A stretch of 64,000 bases of DNA from Tubulanus polymorphus (lineage: Eukaryota > Animalia > Nemertea). A program made the position numbers and the translations under genes. This document shows positions 1 through 12,772 of the stretch, in pieces; the first letter of the stretch is position 1; each line of letters begins with the position of its first letter. The stretch spans positions 6,782,231 to 6,846,230 of the forward strand of contig NC_134033.1 of NCBI RefSeq assembly GCF_964204645.1, in the 5' to 3' direction. The notes under the pieces are model-generated. The model had not been told where the DNA came from. It made no database searches and saw only the letters and a list, made by a program, of their open reading frames with translations.

Positions 1-248
1 CCTTTCCGGTGGCAGAGTTGCGAGAAGATGGATTAACGTCTGATTAAACCGTTCCACTACCCCGTTTCCTTCTGGATGGTACGGTGTGGTTCGCGATTTT
101 CGCATCCCGGTTAATTGACACAATTCCTTTATAACACGAATCCCGGACCCTGGTCAGAATGTAACCGAGCCGGTGCCCCATAACGAAGAATTACCTCATT
201 AAAGATGACACGGGCAGTGGTCCGAGCCGTTTCATTCTTGGTGGGCAC
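1..248 (-). pseudogene. Outer Gypsy integrase catalytic core, distal part
   Basis: Manual translation [32 protein letters not shown]...[18 protein letters not shown] continues the KFAIAVP sequence ending at 3437. Confidence 0.85.
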
Positions 249-1063
249 TGTCACGATTGCCACGTGACCGGGAAACCTCAAACCATTTAACGGAAACTCG
301 TCACGTTGGAAATGAATATGTTTATTTACACTATATACAGATAGTAGCAGATAGATACTTATATTCGGCGCAATAATGATCCTTGCTGCATCAAATCATG
401 CAGTCCGCAATGGATCGCTGCACTTGCAGGAAGCAAGACGAAAAATCGCTCGGCACTTGTAGCCGGGAAAAGTGATAATATCGATGCGGCACGTATAGCC
501 GGAGATACAATAAGCCACTGGCAGGCGTTAGCTACAAAATATAAGCTAGACACAAAAACACATTTTGAGTATCATGCAAATACTGCAAATAATGATTTGA
601 TGTTACCTAATTGAACTGCCTATCATTAAATTAATCATAATTTTAACTATGTAAGAACACAATTACAATGATACTTAATATAAAATTATAAGTAAATGTC
701 AAAAAGGACGCAAGAATCTCACTTAAATATTTAAGTCGCAATAACCTTTACTAAATTTCGACGTTTACGCCAAGAAACTACTGAATCGTTACTATAAATC
801 ACGGAAAACTAGAAAATATAAAACTCGTGTAAAACTTACCCCACGTATCGGGCAAAGCGCGCTCGTGGCAGCTGCGATATACACTCGACGCAGGCTTATG
901 ATATACTGCCACGACATATGGCCAGTAAGGGCTTATAAATGCCGTAAACGTTACGGTCAACAGAGCAAGGTACACCTAGCTAACATAATAAAGCAAGGAT
1001 ACGCTGAGTGAAGATATATAGATTTGACACGTAGTTATTTATTGACCCCATTCGTCCGTGACA
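249..1063 (-). repeat. 3' LTR of nested element
   Basis: Direct repeat of 2698-3436; TG...CA termini; preceded on the minus strand by a PPT-like tract (TTCTTCCGGGGAGCCTT). Confidence 0.9.
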
Positions 1064-1204
1064 AAGGCTCCCCGGAAGAAAAAAATTGCAACATTTTTTT
1101 AAAAAGCTCACGGAAGAATGGTCGTACTACTTCTGAAAGTAAAAATTAAAATACAAGTGATTATGTACATTACATCAGCATGTGCTGTAAGTTAACGTCA
1201 ACAT

Positions 1205-2678
1205 TCAGGTAGGGACAGGTGATCGGCTTAAGTAATCTGCCGTCACGTTCTCCGAACCTTTAATTGCTCCTATCCGGAACTGCTGCAACATCAATGCCCA
1301 GCGCATTAAACGATCATTATTTACGCGCGCCCTGTTTAAATATATGAGCGGCTGATGATCCGTTTCTAGATCAAACTCAGATAGATACAAGTAACGCTCA
1401 AGCTTCTTGATGGACCAAACAATGCTATAGCACTCTTTTTCGATCACTGAATATGCGCGTTCAGCAGGATTGAGCTTCTTGCTTATATACATAACGGGAA
1501 ACATTATACCGTCTTCCTTCTGGTACAACGCACCACCCAGACCAATGTCTGATGCATCAGTTCTGAGAATGAACTTCTCATTTGAAGTTCGGCAACTTCA
1601 ATATGGGACCGGAAGTAAGGGCCTGCTTTAGACTATCAAAAGCACACTGCTGAGCAGCTTCCCAGTTTACCTTGTTTGGTTGACCCTTTTTGGTCAGTTC
1701 AGTTAGTGGTGCGGCAATTGCCGAATTGTCAGGAATAAATCTCGAGTAAAATGAAGCCATTCCCAGGAACGACCTCATATCCTTTTTCGTTCTAGGGGGT
1801 GGTGAATCAACGATAGCCCTCACTTTGTCTTTGCAAGGTTCCAGTCGATCTGATCCTACAACCAAGACATTTTAGTTTGCTGAAACCAAGCTCGCATTTG
1901 CTTGGTCTAGCCGTTAGGCCAGCTTGCCTCAGTCGACGGAAGATTTCCTCAAGCGTCTCTAGGTGATGTTCCCAAGTAACTGTGAAAATAATAATATTGT
2001 CAACAAAATTATCTACGTTGGACATTCCCTTGAGAACTTTCCTTATTAAACGGTTGAAACTAGCCCCAGCATTAACCAGGCCGAAGGGCATTCTTTAGAA
2101 CTGTTTTAACCCTTGACTGGTCGAGAAAGCCGTGTACGCTTTCGCGCCATCTTTTAAAGGTAATTGCCAGTATCCCTTTGTCAGGTCGATCTGGCTGATA
2201 TATTTATAACCAGACAATTTTGCAAATATTTGTTCTGTATCACCCATGGGTTCTGCATCAAATGTTGTCACCCGATTGATGTTTCTAAAATCAATACACA
2301 CTCTGTTCGAACCGTCGGTTTTTTTTACCATTAACAGTGGAGAAGAATATGGAGAATCGGAATCTTCAATAATTCCCATCCCTTCCATCGCATCTATTTC
2401 TTTCTCAAGCACCTGGTTAGCGTTGAAGGGCAAGGGGTATTGCTTGGTTCGAATCGGTTCATTAGTGGACAAGACAATGTCGTGTTCCACTAAATCCGTT
2501 TTACCTGGCTTGTCGGTCAAAACGTCATCATACCTTTGCAGTAAGGAAACTAACCCTTTCCGCTCCTCCGGGTTCAGGTCAGGGGAGACGACAACATCAT
2601 GCAAACTTTCGCCGTCATCGGTCGGACAAAGAGATTTTACAAAATCATCACTCACCTCGTCTTTATCCATATTATCAC
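1205..2678 (-). pseudogene. Gypsy reverse transcriptase-RNase H (frameshifted)
   Basis: ORFs 2095-2730, 1807-2091, 1578-1865, 1205-1528: RVCIDFR, IDLTKGYWQ, MPFGL, FVDN (degenerate YxDD), RSFLG, EKECYSIVW, TDHQPL, ADYLSR followed by stop. Confidence 0.9.
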
Positions 2679-2696
2679 ATCCCACCGCTGCCACCA
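2679..2696 (-). promoter_or_regulatory. Primer-binding site complementary to tRNA-Leu 3' end
   Basis: Minus strand TGGTGGCAGCGGTGGGAT one base after the 5' LTR; plus strand ATCCCACCGCTGCCACCA matches the 3' 18 nt of eukaryotic tRNA-Leu including CCA. Confidence 0.85.
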
Positions 2697-2697
2697 T

Positions 2698-3436
2698 TGT
2701 CACGATTGCCACGTGACCGGGAAACCTCAAACCATTTAACTGAAACTCGTCACGTTGGAAATGAATATGTTTATTTACCCTATATACATATAGTAGCAGA
2801 CAGATACTTATATTCGGCGCAATAATGATCTTTGCTGCATCAAATCATGCGGTCCGCAATGGATCGCTGCACTTGCAGAAGGCAAGACGAAAAATCGCTC
2901 GGCACTTGTAGCCGGGAAAAGTGATAATATCGATGCGGCACATTTTGAGTATCATGCAAATACTACAAATAATGATTTGAAGTTACCTAAATGAACTACC
3001 TATCATTAAATTAATCATAATTTTAACTATGTAAGAACACAATTACAATTATACTTAATATGAAATTATAAGTAAATGTCAAAAAGGACGTAAGAATCTC
3101 ACTTAAATATTTAAGTCGCAATAACCTTTACTAAATTTCGACGTTTACGGCAAGAAACTACTGAATTGTTACTATAAATCACGGAAAACTAGAAAATATA
3201 AAACTCGAGTAAAACTTACCCCACATATCGGGCAAAGCGCGCTCGTGGCAGCTGCGATATACACTCGACGCAGGCTTATGATATACTGCCACGACAAATG
3301 GCCAGTAAGTGCTTATAAATGCCGTAAACGTTACGGTCAACAGAGCAAGGTACACCTAGCTAACATAATAAAGCAAGGATACGCTGAGTGAAGATATATA
3401 GATTTGACACGTAGTTATTTATTCATTGTCGTGACA
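2698..3436 (-). repeat. 5' LTR of nested element
   Basis: Near-identical to 249-1063 except a ~70-bp deletion near 2940 and a different sequence just inside the outer terminus. Confidence 0.9.
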
Positions 3437-5200
3437 GGCACTGCAATTGCAAATTTGGTGAAATGGTCCGTCATGACCAATACTTTCTCGTATCCCTGCG
3501 ATTTCTCTAACATCAGGTAATCTATACACAATACCTCCAAAGGGTAGGACGTCTGAATATTCTTTAAAGGTGCCAGCTGCCCTGGAGTTGCCGCTTTGGA
3601 GAGAACCACATCGTTTGCATCCCTTCAAATAATTCTCCACGTCCATACGCATCCCCGGCCAATAGCATCTTTGTGACAACAGGGCTTATGTTCGGTCTCT
3701 GCCTGGATGACCTAGCTCATCGTGAAGGTTCTGCAGAACCCAACCAATCTGCGACTGCGGTAACCATAACCTCAATTCCGTCCCTCCATCCCCTGGAACT
3801 TTTCTATAAAGTAAACCTTCGCGTACCTCCAAGGATTTAAAAATACGGCTCACAACATACTCTGACGGTTTCCTGGGGCGAAATTTTCGCTTGGATACAA
3901 CACAATCAACGATCCGCCTGATAATAGGATCCTCATTTTGCAATGATTTTATATCCACACCTGCCATGCCGCTGGATGTCCATTCCGGTGTATGATCGGC
4001 ATTCCTGCATATCGCAGAAAGCACCTCAGCTGTCATACGATTCAGAGGGCTCCGTGACAGCGCGTCCGCATCCCCCATTCTACATCCGCTTTGATATTCC
4101 AGTTCGATATCATAAACCGATAGCGCTTGTAACCAGCGATGCCCTGTGGCATCAAGCTTGGCCGACTTTAGCAAATGTGCCACCATCCTTCTTTCTCAGA
4201 AGGACCACTGGAGACGAGAATGGCGAAAACGAAGGCCTTGTAATACCTGCCGATGCCATCATGTTCAGATGATCCCGAACCTCTTGAATCATTGACGGTG
4301 GAACCCGTCGATACCGCTCTTTAAATGGAACATCATCGGTTAAATTAATTTCATGCTGAATCATAGATGTGCAACCCAAATCCGTATCTGAAAAAGAAAA
4401 CGCTGCCCGGTGTTTCCGCAGTGTATCCTTCAATCTGAGGACCTGCTCGGGAGTAGCGTCACTTTCATCCCACTTAAACAGTTCCAAGAATTTAACATCC
4501 TCCCCTGATCCAATTAATTTAGTCTGCTGTTTTAGTGGGGTTACAGGATCCTTCATCGCTGGATTCACCTGGTCAACCGCTTCAACCGCGCATATAACAG
4601 CCCTAGAGGGAATCTTAACCGGTCGGCAGCCAACATTTCGCACACATACACTGATCCTATTACATCGGACAGGTACGACCTTGGACAATGTTGGTACTAG
4701 CATCAGCGTTCCTGGCAAACTAACTGCTTCTGATGTGCAAGTCATCGCCATCCTCGAATCTCGGGGCAGATCCCGAACTATTCCACGGATCGACACTTGT
4801 CACATCGGAGGAACTGTAACCTCACCGGTTGTCCTAACGTCCTCCGGTTGTCGATGCAGGAAGTCTTTTACCATTCCAACCGGTCCATCAGTTGTCCTCA
4901 ATAACTGCAAAACGTTGGTTCCGATCACGACCGGTACTCTTTTACTATATTCTGTATCCTCCACGACTAAAACCAAGGCAACCACAGTTTGCCCATCCCC
5001 TTTATCTTGACCTCAGCACATCCATAATACGGCAAATCTCCTCCACATGCCGTTTTCACATCAAGGAAATCCTGGACAGGAAAAACTGCAGTATCTGAAA
5101 GAGACTTGAAGAAACTGGATGAAACAGTGGTTACTTTGGCACCGGTATCAATCAAGGCCGATGTTTACATTATTAATTACGATTTCCGCTTCGTTAGCTG
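3437..5200 (-). pseudogene. Outer Gypsy pol: protease, RT start fused by deletion to RNase H end, integrase N-terminal part
   Basis: IDTGAKVT (4967-5155); HEINLTDDVPFKERYRR...SPVVLLRKKDG; LDATGHRW...DADALSR; HDELGHPGRDRT...YWPGM...CKRC; LCIDYL...MTDHFTKFA. Confidence 0.85.
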
Positions 5201-5203
5201 GAC

Positions 5204-6592
5204 CTACAATCGATGACCTGTCTGACCCAAGGCCCCTGGACCAGACCCCGACAGGTTTCCCGACCTCGGACAATTCCGCTTGTAATGGTCAAGTCCACCA
5301 CACTCGAAACAGCCCCGAACTCGATTATGGGGAATAGGTCCACGACTCGTATCCTGCCGGCCACGTCGAGCACCATCTCGAGCGACTCCTCGTCCCCGCG
5401 GCGTTGGTTGCTCTGGAAACGGACGATTTGGCGATTCCGAACACTTCCGTGCATTCTTTAGGTCGAGTACGTCCTTCTTGAGTTCCTTCACCGTCTTCAA
5501 CAGAGCATCCACTGACTTCTTCAAATCATTATCTCCACCGGCATAAATCTGTTGTTGCTGGGGTTTCGACGACCTGGACTCTGTTGTTCCTTGGCTGTTC
5601 GATTTAGGAAAATCCCCAGTTACCAGACCCAGCTCTCCAACTTACGGGCTTCAATCACTATACTCTGATAGGAATGGTTTTAATAACAAAGGCCGTAACC
5701 CGAGTTTTAATTGACCGTCCCTGAGACCTTGCCAAAGTTTGGTCTTCAGTTCCTCTTCGTTAAGTTTCCCAGGAGCATGACCGCGTATTTCCTCCAACCT
5801 ACATGCCCATATATTAACATTTTCATCTCTCAGTTGGACAGCAGTATAGAACTTAGAAAGTACCTGTCCCGGGGTTAAAGTCTCCCCAAATAATGTATCC
5901 AACCTCTCGAGTACAACTTTCACTCTTAGATTCTCTCCCATTCACTCTCTACATTTGAAAGACAATCTCGAGCGACTCCTTTAAGGGATTTGCGAAGTAA
6001 ATTCAAAGTTTGCATTTCTGAATGGGCTCCATCAGATTTAAGGCCCATTACTTCACTCCGCCATTGACGATTGGGAACATCCGTTCGGTTTACCTCACCC
6101 GAAAAGGTACACAACTGGGGATTTGGTGTTACTACTACGTTTGAATTGGATACATTGCGCCGCGCTAAGTTATTTTCGGGTTCCTGGAAAGACAGACTCG
6201 GCTGAAGTTCCTGTTTAAGGTTTAGTTTTACTCGATTTTCCGTTTTGCCGTACATCGCGTAGGTATGAGGCGTATCAAAGGGCAACCTACCTAAATATAC
6301 TCGGTGGCTCGGGGGTATCGGCGACTGTTAACCGCTGCAAAAACGATGCACGCATACCAGGTTGCATTACCTCCATCAACCCTTCAATACGTGCTTCCGC
6401 GATCATTTGTTCACAGTTCACTATACGATCATCGCGGATAACCTCAACACGAACGATCTCTCCATTCAATTCAACTATAGCTGCACAAGCCCTTGAAAGA
6501 GCTTCAGTTTCAAAGTAAACTATGAGAGCCGTGTCCCCTTCTAAGCGCACCGTATCAATTTGACCAAATCGTTCAAATTCATGTTTGATCAC
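5204..6592 (-). pseudogene. PNMA-like gag with RRM-like N-terminus and CCHC zinc knuckle (frameshifted)
   Basis: CFECGGLDHYKRNC; TFSGE...QWRSEV...LRKSLKGVARD; FYTAVQLRDENVNIWACRLE; N-terminal FERFGQIDTVRL. Confidence 0.8.
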
Positions 6593-6599
6593 CGCTGTG

Positions 6600-6990
6600 G
6601 ATTGTGCATCAAATTTTTCTTTAAAAACAACTTTTCAATCGTTGATTCTGGAAAAAATAACTTTGAAATCACCATCAAAGAGGCATTATATATAAAATCC
6701 AAAAAACCAAGTATTAACAATTAACTTTCTACACATGGTGTCTCATTTTTACTGAACGTATTTTGATATGTTTATAATCCATTTTTACTTTGTAAACTAG
6801 GCCACGTCACGCCTGCATGATATTCTCTGTAATTAGTAACAGTATACTATACATAGTTTGTATCTTTTCATGTCATTTCTTGAAAAGGACTCTAAGAGAT
6901 GAGTCGAAATCGATCGAAACGTTTGAACATGTAATAAAAACTCATTATCATCATGAAGATGGTGATAGTTGCGTTCTTATTATTATTTAA
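6600..6990 (+). mobile_element. Penelope-like element 3' fragment (GIY-YIG C-terminus plus hammerhead-like motif)
   Basis: Manual translation NFSIVDSGKNNFEITIKEALYIKSKKPSINN*LSTHGVSFLLNVF; downstream CTTGAAAAGGACTC...GAGTCGAAA and AATAAA. Confidence 0.7.
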
Positions 6991-7279
6991 CTATCTGGAT
7001 ACTCTTCCGAAAAATCAAAATGCCATAAATTAAATAAATATAATAATAGAGTCTCTTACTCCGCAACATAAAACAAAATGTCCACCACACCAAACAAGTA
7101 GACGCACACAAGACAACACAGTTAATCCGGTACCGGTTAAAACTTAGTTATTGATTACGATCAATTATCTCTACTACTACTTATCGAAGCTTACCAGTAG
7201 TTTAACGATTCGCCAAACTTTTCTTCACCTAGGTTCTCACCACGAACTCTACCGCAAACGATCAGCGTTCAATCCGAGC

Positions 7280-7455
7280 GAAACAATTCCGGTCGAACAC
7301 AACGAATAAATAGCGGTCGTTCACCACGAATGGATACCAATCGATCAATACGAATAACCACCGATCGATCACTACGAATAACCACCGATCGATCACTACG
7401 AATAAACACCGGTCGGTCACAACGAATAAACACCGGTCGGTCACAACGAATAAAT
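7280..7455. repeat. 24-bp minisatellite, about 7 units
   Basis: Unit approx. CACAACGAATAAACACCGGTCGGT; appears as 8-aa periodicity in ORF 7262-7477. Confidence 0.85.
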
Positions 7456-7638
7456 TACCATCCAGGAAGAAAGACACTCTAAATATATGGATGGATATAT
7501 GAAAGCTGTGGGTACTGGAGTGTGTAATGGGTAGTGTAGTGTGATCTGTGTGTTTGTGGCCAGCACACAGAACACATTGTTCGAATTGGGGTTTGGTCCA
7601 GGACTCGCGAGATTTTCAACAACACGGAAGTAACGTGT

Positions 7639-7923
7639 AATAAATGATGACTTGAATTGCATGACTACCTACCACCCCTCATTATTGTTGGAAAACTAAA
7701 CGTTCGGCACTGACTAAAAATTAGTAATAACATTTTAGAAATGGCCAGAATTTTAACTTAGGTTCTATCTCATTTTTATTTTACAATTGCGATTGGTATA
7801 ATTTTTTTAAACGGCCGTTAAGGCTTCATGTTTCGTCTGCAATTCACTGCAAATAGTTACGCAACTACGCACATTTCAGTGTTTTTGGCAGCTGTACACT
7901 CAATCGGCACTGTTTGTGACTAG
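7639..7923 (+). repeat. Dispersed ~285-bp repeat, copy 1
   Basis: Near-identical to 16329-16614 (TAAATGATGACTTGAA...ACTAG). Confidence 0.85.
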
Positions 7924-8815
7924 CTTCACTGCGGAATTATCATTAAATAACATCGCCATATCACATCATCAACTTATATTGTGCCTTAAAACCCTAACAG
8001 CCGAAATAATTGAAATGCACACACGATTTCTATCATTGAAAATTGAGAGAGTGGCCATGTTTGTGTTTGCTGCTTCGCGTTAATCCCGCGCGGAGTAGGG
8101 CCGATACGTCCAGAGCCTCCGAGGTTAGCCGGACAAATTTCAATCGGCGAATGATGATCCGCTGCAAGATTTCGTAGTAGCTAAAAAATGTTTGTAATGT
8201 TGATTTCCTGAATGCGTTGGTGGTTATTAATGGTTTCAGACAACAAACGTAGTAAGATGTAGTAAGCAGGTTGTTGTTTGATGCTTTGATCTATCAGCGC
8301 TGACCATAAATCAGCCTGGTGTAAAAATAATTCTTTCTCGGTTCTTTTGCTGCTATATCTGGCAAACATTCAGAAATCTTTTTATAAACTTGAGAATAGA
8401 CGGAACCGTATTTGGTCGGAACAATGGGTTGCATTAATTATGCGGCTGGTGAAAGAATCACGCTGTTACTTCATGATACTCCCGACAACTTTCTATAGAA
8501 AGAAAAACGGAAGTATGGGGAGATATTGTTGTTCGCTTTATCGCGTATTGTAATCAAATTTATTTAGTATAACAGTTATAAAATGATTTTAAGAGAGATA
8601 ATGGATCATAATGAAGTTCCGAATCAAAAGTATTTATAATGATTCAAAAAGAAATAATCAGTGGTACCTTGATTTGAGACAAATACTAAAGTTTCGAAAA
8701 TATATTTAATTTGAATATCCTGGATGTTAATTGAGAACAAAGTCTCTATAATCGTTAAAGATTTAAGAAAATTAATTTGTGTTAAATGATAATACTAGCT
8801 CTCTAAAGTTTCTCT

Positions 8816-9373
8816 TGTTGTATACGTCTGTTGGTAACTCGCAGAGAATAGCTGTTCTCTCAACGATGATAAGCAAGGAGTGAGTAAATCATTCCGCGTC
8901 ATGACAGGAGGGTTGGAAGGAAAAAGTTAGTTCAGCAAATCAGTTTTGAAAATAATTTTAGATCAGCGAATCATTAAGGCTAAATTCTATATGACCAAAA
9001 CAGTCATGACCGTTACGTTGCTGCTCCTTGCCAAAAGTCGAGTGGGAGAGTCGGTATTTTAAGAATGCCGATTCTTTCTATAAAAGGGACCCGCATCTTG
9101 AGAGAGCAGACACTCGGGAGACACTCAAAAGACACTCGTAGATACTTGTTAAAAACTGGTCTGGGACTTGATTCAGGACAGGTTACCAACAGGAGAGTGC
9201 AATAGGAATTTAGAGCTAGGATTTGGATTGAGTTAAACTGGAGAGCTGTGTTTAAATATTAAGGTAAATAAATTCATCTTGTATTGTTATATCCATTCAA
9301 AATTTCCGGTATTCTAGTTTACTTGGGTTTGTGCCAGGGACCGATTATTGCTTATATTATATATTATACGACT
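8816..9373 (+). mobile_element. Possible solo LTR
   Basis: TGTTGTATA...TATACGACT termini, internal TATAAAAG, AGACACTC repeats and AATAAA; no clear TSD. Confidence 0.35.
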
Positions 9374-9567
9374 AAGGAGAGGATTGTGACCGGCGTATCA
9401 ATACCAATGATCCCAGCGAGGGTGCCAATGTGGCCGCCGCTTTTACAGCTGCTGCACTTACGCCGGAAACGATCCTACTGATGCGGGTTACGGAACTACT
9501 CACCCACTCCACTGCGTCGGACACCTCCTCACCGACCGATCCTGCTTGGTCCTCCTGGCCGACCAAT

Positions 9568-10036
9568 CTGCGATAATAAACAAATGGAAATGAAACCAAT
9601 AATAACTACTCGATTATTATCAAATTATTTATTACACACATCCGCTCTTCACGGATGTATTCAGTGAATGACCCATCAATATATAAATCTGCGTTAATTG
9701 ATTACTGATATAGAAATATACATAACCCAATTCATAACATTAACAAATATAGACTGAGATTAAAATATGTAATTACTTCCGGGCGCCAAAACTCAAAACA
9801 CTTCTGGCATCGGATATCCTTATCAACCCAAGCCATTTCAACTGATAATTATTACAACAACCCATTAAACACCGATTCCAACCAGCTACCTACTAAAGGC
9901 GCTATAAAGATATTAAGATCAACACCCACCTGCGATAATAAACAAATGGAAATGAAACCAATAATAACTACTCGATTATTATCAAATTGTTTATTACACA
10001 GATCCGCTCCTCACGGATGTATTCAGTGAATGACCC
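9568..10036. repeat. 107-bp direct repeat pair (9568-9674, 9930-10036)
   Basis: CTGCGATAATAAACAAATGG...GAATGACCC repeated 362 bp apart. Confidence 0.85.
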
Positions 10037-11133
10037 GGATTTCCAGTTTCATCCCCAGAATAGAAGCACGGTGGCGCCACAAGCTAGTCAAGATCAAAGT
10101 CCGCGTCACGCATAATATTAATTCGAAGTACTCGCCGCCACAGAAAGACTGCTTGGAAGCGAATGAACTGGGGGAAAAGATAATTTCGTTTGAGAAAGGG
10201 GGTGATTCCAGCTATTTGCTGGCTAAAATCTATCAGTAAGTCAAAGTTAATATAAAAAATGAATGTATCAAGTCAAATGAATTCTAAGTTCAATTATACT
10301 CCAGAGAATTTCCTAAGATGGAGGCAAGCGGTGGCATTGAACTTTTAACTGTCGCCACCAGTACCAGGAATCGATTAGAGAGGACGCATATTGGGCCAGT
10401 CGCCATCGAAAGATTTCTTTCATTATCAACTTCCAGAATTTATATCAGACCTGACATTAAATATGACTCGGACTTATCGATGGTAGATGATGATTTACGC
10501 ACTGAACGGTGTCGAAATTGTGGAAGCCTTATTGGGATGAGACAGTTTTCCGAACATAGGAAAATCTGCATTTCGGTAATTTTTTTGTGTTAAGTCAAAA
10601 TTAGCCGAAAAATATTTACCATTACCTTTCAGTTTGAGTACTTATATTTTTAGGCTGAAGATGATGATCAGGTTTTAGAAACCACAGCTGCGTCAAGGTT
10701 AATATGGAATTTTATCTTACAACCCCATAATAATTAATTTTCTAGTTCATAATAGTAATAAACATTGAGAAAAAAGTTTTCTGATACATTATTTCAAGCC
10801 TTCATTTCTTTTACCACTATCAACCATTACTGACTCGCAACCATCCGTTTTCAAATCCCTGTAGACTAGTGGTTAGCAGCACAATTTTGCACGCTACATT
10901 GCCATTTGATTTTGATATTGTGATCGATGTTGACAGGATCAGGGTTTGCAGTGAGTCTGACTTATTCTGAAGTGCTTACAGTACTTTTAGAAAACTGTTT
11001 ACACAAAAGTAGATGTATTTGATTGAAAATTTATTTCAGGATATATGGATTTTTACAGGTAAAATTGTTGAATATTATCACTTCCTAGTGGAAAACTAAG
11101 CACTATTAACCATTCTTGGGTATTTATGGGTTA

Positions 11134-11319
11134 CAGGGCGGATCCAGAGGCCAGTTTTGAAGGACTTGTCACATCCCAAAAGGGCTTTTGATGTCCACAA
11201 AGGCAATATTAGGGCCCTACCCCACTGAAATGCCCCCTTCGTTGACAAAATAGAAATGGGAAGGGCACTAAAAAAAATCTGATGTACAAGTCTCACAAAT
11301 CCCCCTGGATCCGCCTCTG
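11134..11319. mobile_element. MITE
   Basis: TIRs CAGGGCGGATCCAG / CTGGATCCGCCTCTG, in an intron of the HECT gene. Confidence 0.6.
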
Positions 11320-12772
11320 GGCTATGGGATTCTATCCAGCTTTGAAGATCTCTTATGGAAGCCAACTGCACTCTTCACTGCATATAGTACTTGTAGCGCT
11401 TCCGCTTATTACGGTCTATTACTGTTGTTACCTACATACGTATTTATTTATGTATTTAAATATAATATTTGTTGTTCTTACTACGTATCTTGTACATAGA
11501 TACGTATCTTGTACATAGATACTCAATACCCTTATACAAACTGAGATAGTGAGTTAATTATTAATGCGTACGGTGAAATTTGAAATTGCTACATGTGTAT
11601 GATGTCCTTGTATTTTTCAATGCCGAGGAGAAGATCACTAAACTACTGAAGAAAACATCTTGAAACCCTGGCTAGGCATTAAAAATATATATGATATGTA
11701 GTTTGTGTTATATTTGAATCTTTCCTTTCAGACAAAGTGAAATTGATGGTGATTTGAGGTGAGTAGAACTGCAACTAATTTTCGAATCAGCTAAACCTCG
11801 GAGTACTTGGTAGTTTAAGCACTTCTTGAAATTTTACAGGTCTAATAATGAACCATTTATCGCTGACAAACAGTGATATTTCAGTGGATGATGAAATAGT
11901 CATAAGAAGGTATGACCCATCTAACAATGATTTACAGAATGTTACTTTTCAAGGCAATTTACATAGATGTTTATGCTAATATTAAGTTATGTCTTTTCAT
12001 TTCAGTGCAACGGATAATAATCGCTTTCAAAGTAGAGCTAGCACATGGCAGTAAGTATAGTTCCTCTCAGTACATAATATACTTGTATGACATTCAATTA
12101 ATACAAAACCAATGTTCATAATTTTTTTCAAGTGAGAAGGTGCTGCAGGATACCCTATTACTTAAGTACGTTTTAATGTGTCCAGTACCTATACGGGTGG
12201 TTAGGGGTTGCAGATAAAGAGATTTCTCAAAAATATCTTTTCATTTCTATGTTGGTAGTTAAAACTGTTTTATTTTTATTGGAAAATTACACATCAATGT
12301 TTTGTCACTTTTCTCATCATAATGTCATGTCTGCAATAAGAGAATTCTTAATAATTTCAGAGAAGAGAGCAATGATCCCACTGAAGTTCTGCTGTGCTAC
12401 CAGGCACATTTTATGGACGGCCGTCCAAGCTGGACCTCATATGCGAGGATGAAACCATAAATGGAGAGACCTACCCGATTGTAGTTTCTCGTAGCGATAT
12501 CTATGAGGAGGCAGTGGCAGAAATACGGAGCCCGGATTTCAATCCTCGGTTGCCACTAGACGTAACATTTATGGGAGAAGAGAGTGTGGATTTAGATGGC
12601 CCTAGAAAGGAGTTACTTTCTTGTGTACTTCGAGATATCAAAGACATCAATCAATGAAGAAAGTGATGGGCTCACAGTAAAAGCCAGGGAAGTCTGTGCT
12701 GCAACCACAACAGAAAGACATTTCTTGGCTGCAGGAATATTTATTGGTATGTCTCTATGGTGACCACATTAT

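Larger units (their letters stand above)
249..3436 (-). mobile_element. Nested, internally deleted Gypsy element (Gmr1-like), LTR-PBS-RT-RNaseH-LTR
   Basis: LTRs 249-1063 and 2698-3436 with TGTCAC...GTGACA ends; 5-bp TSD GGCAC at 244-248 and 3437-3441; RT-RH remnants 1205-2678. Confidence 0.92.
1..6600 (-). mobile_element. Decayed Ty3/Gypsy LTR retrotransposon (outer element), interrupted by nested element at 249-3436
   Basis: Minus-strand order gag (6592-5204), protease (IDTGA), RT start, RNase H end, integrase (to 3437, resuming at 248-1 with [20 protein letters not shown]). Many stops and frameshifts; its own LTRs not identified. Confidence 0.9.

Noticed and set aside
2679-2696. tRNA-Leu gene
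   Set aside because: Only the 3' 18 nt including CCA, adjacent to an LTR, so it is a primer-binding site.
2246-5010. Plus-strand ORFs 2246-2716 and 4369-5010
   Set aside because: Antisense shadows of Gypsy pol.
7262-7477. Repeat protein LFVVTDRC
   Set aside because: Translation of a 24-bp minisatellite.
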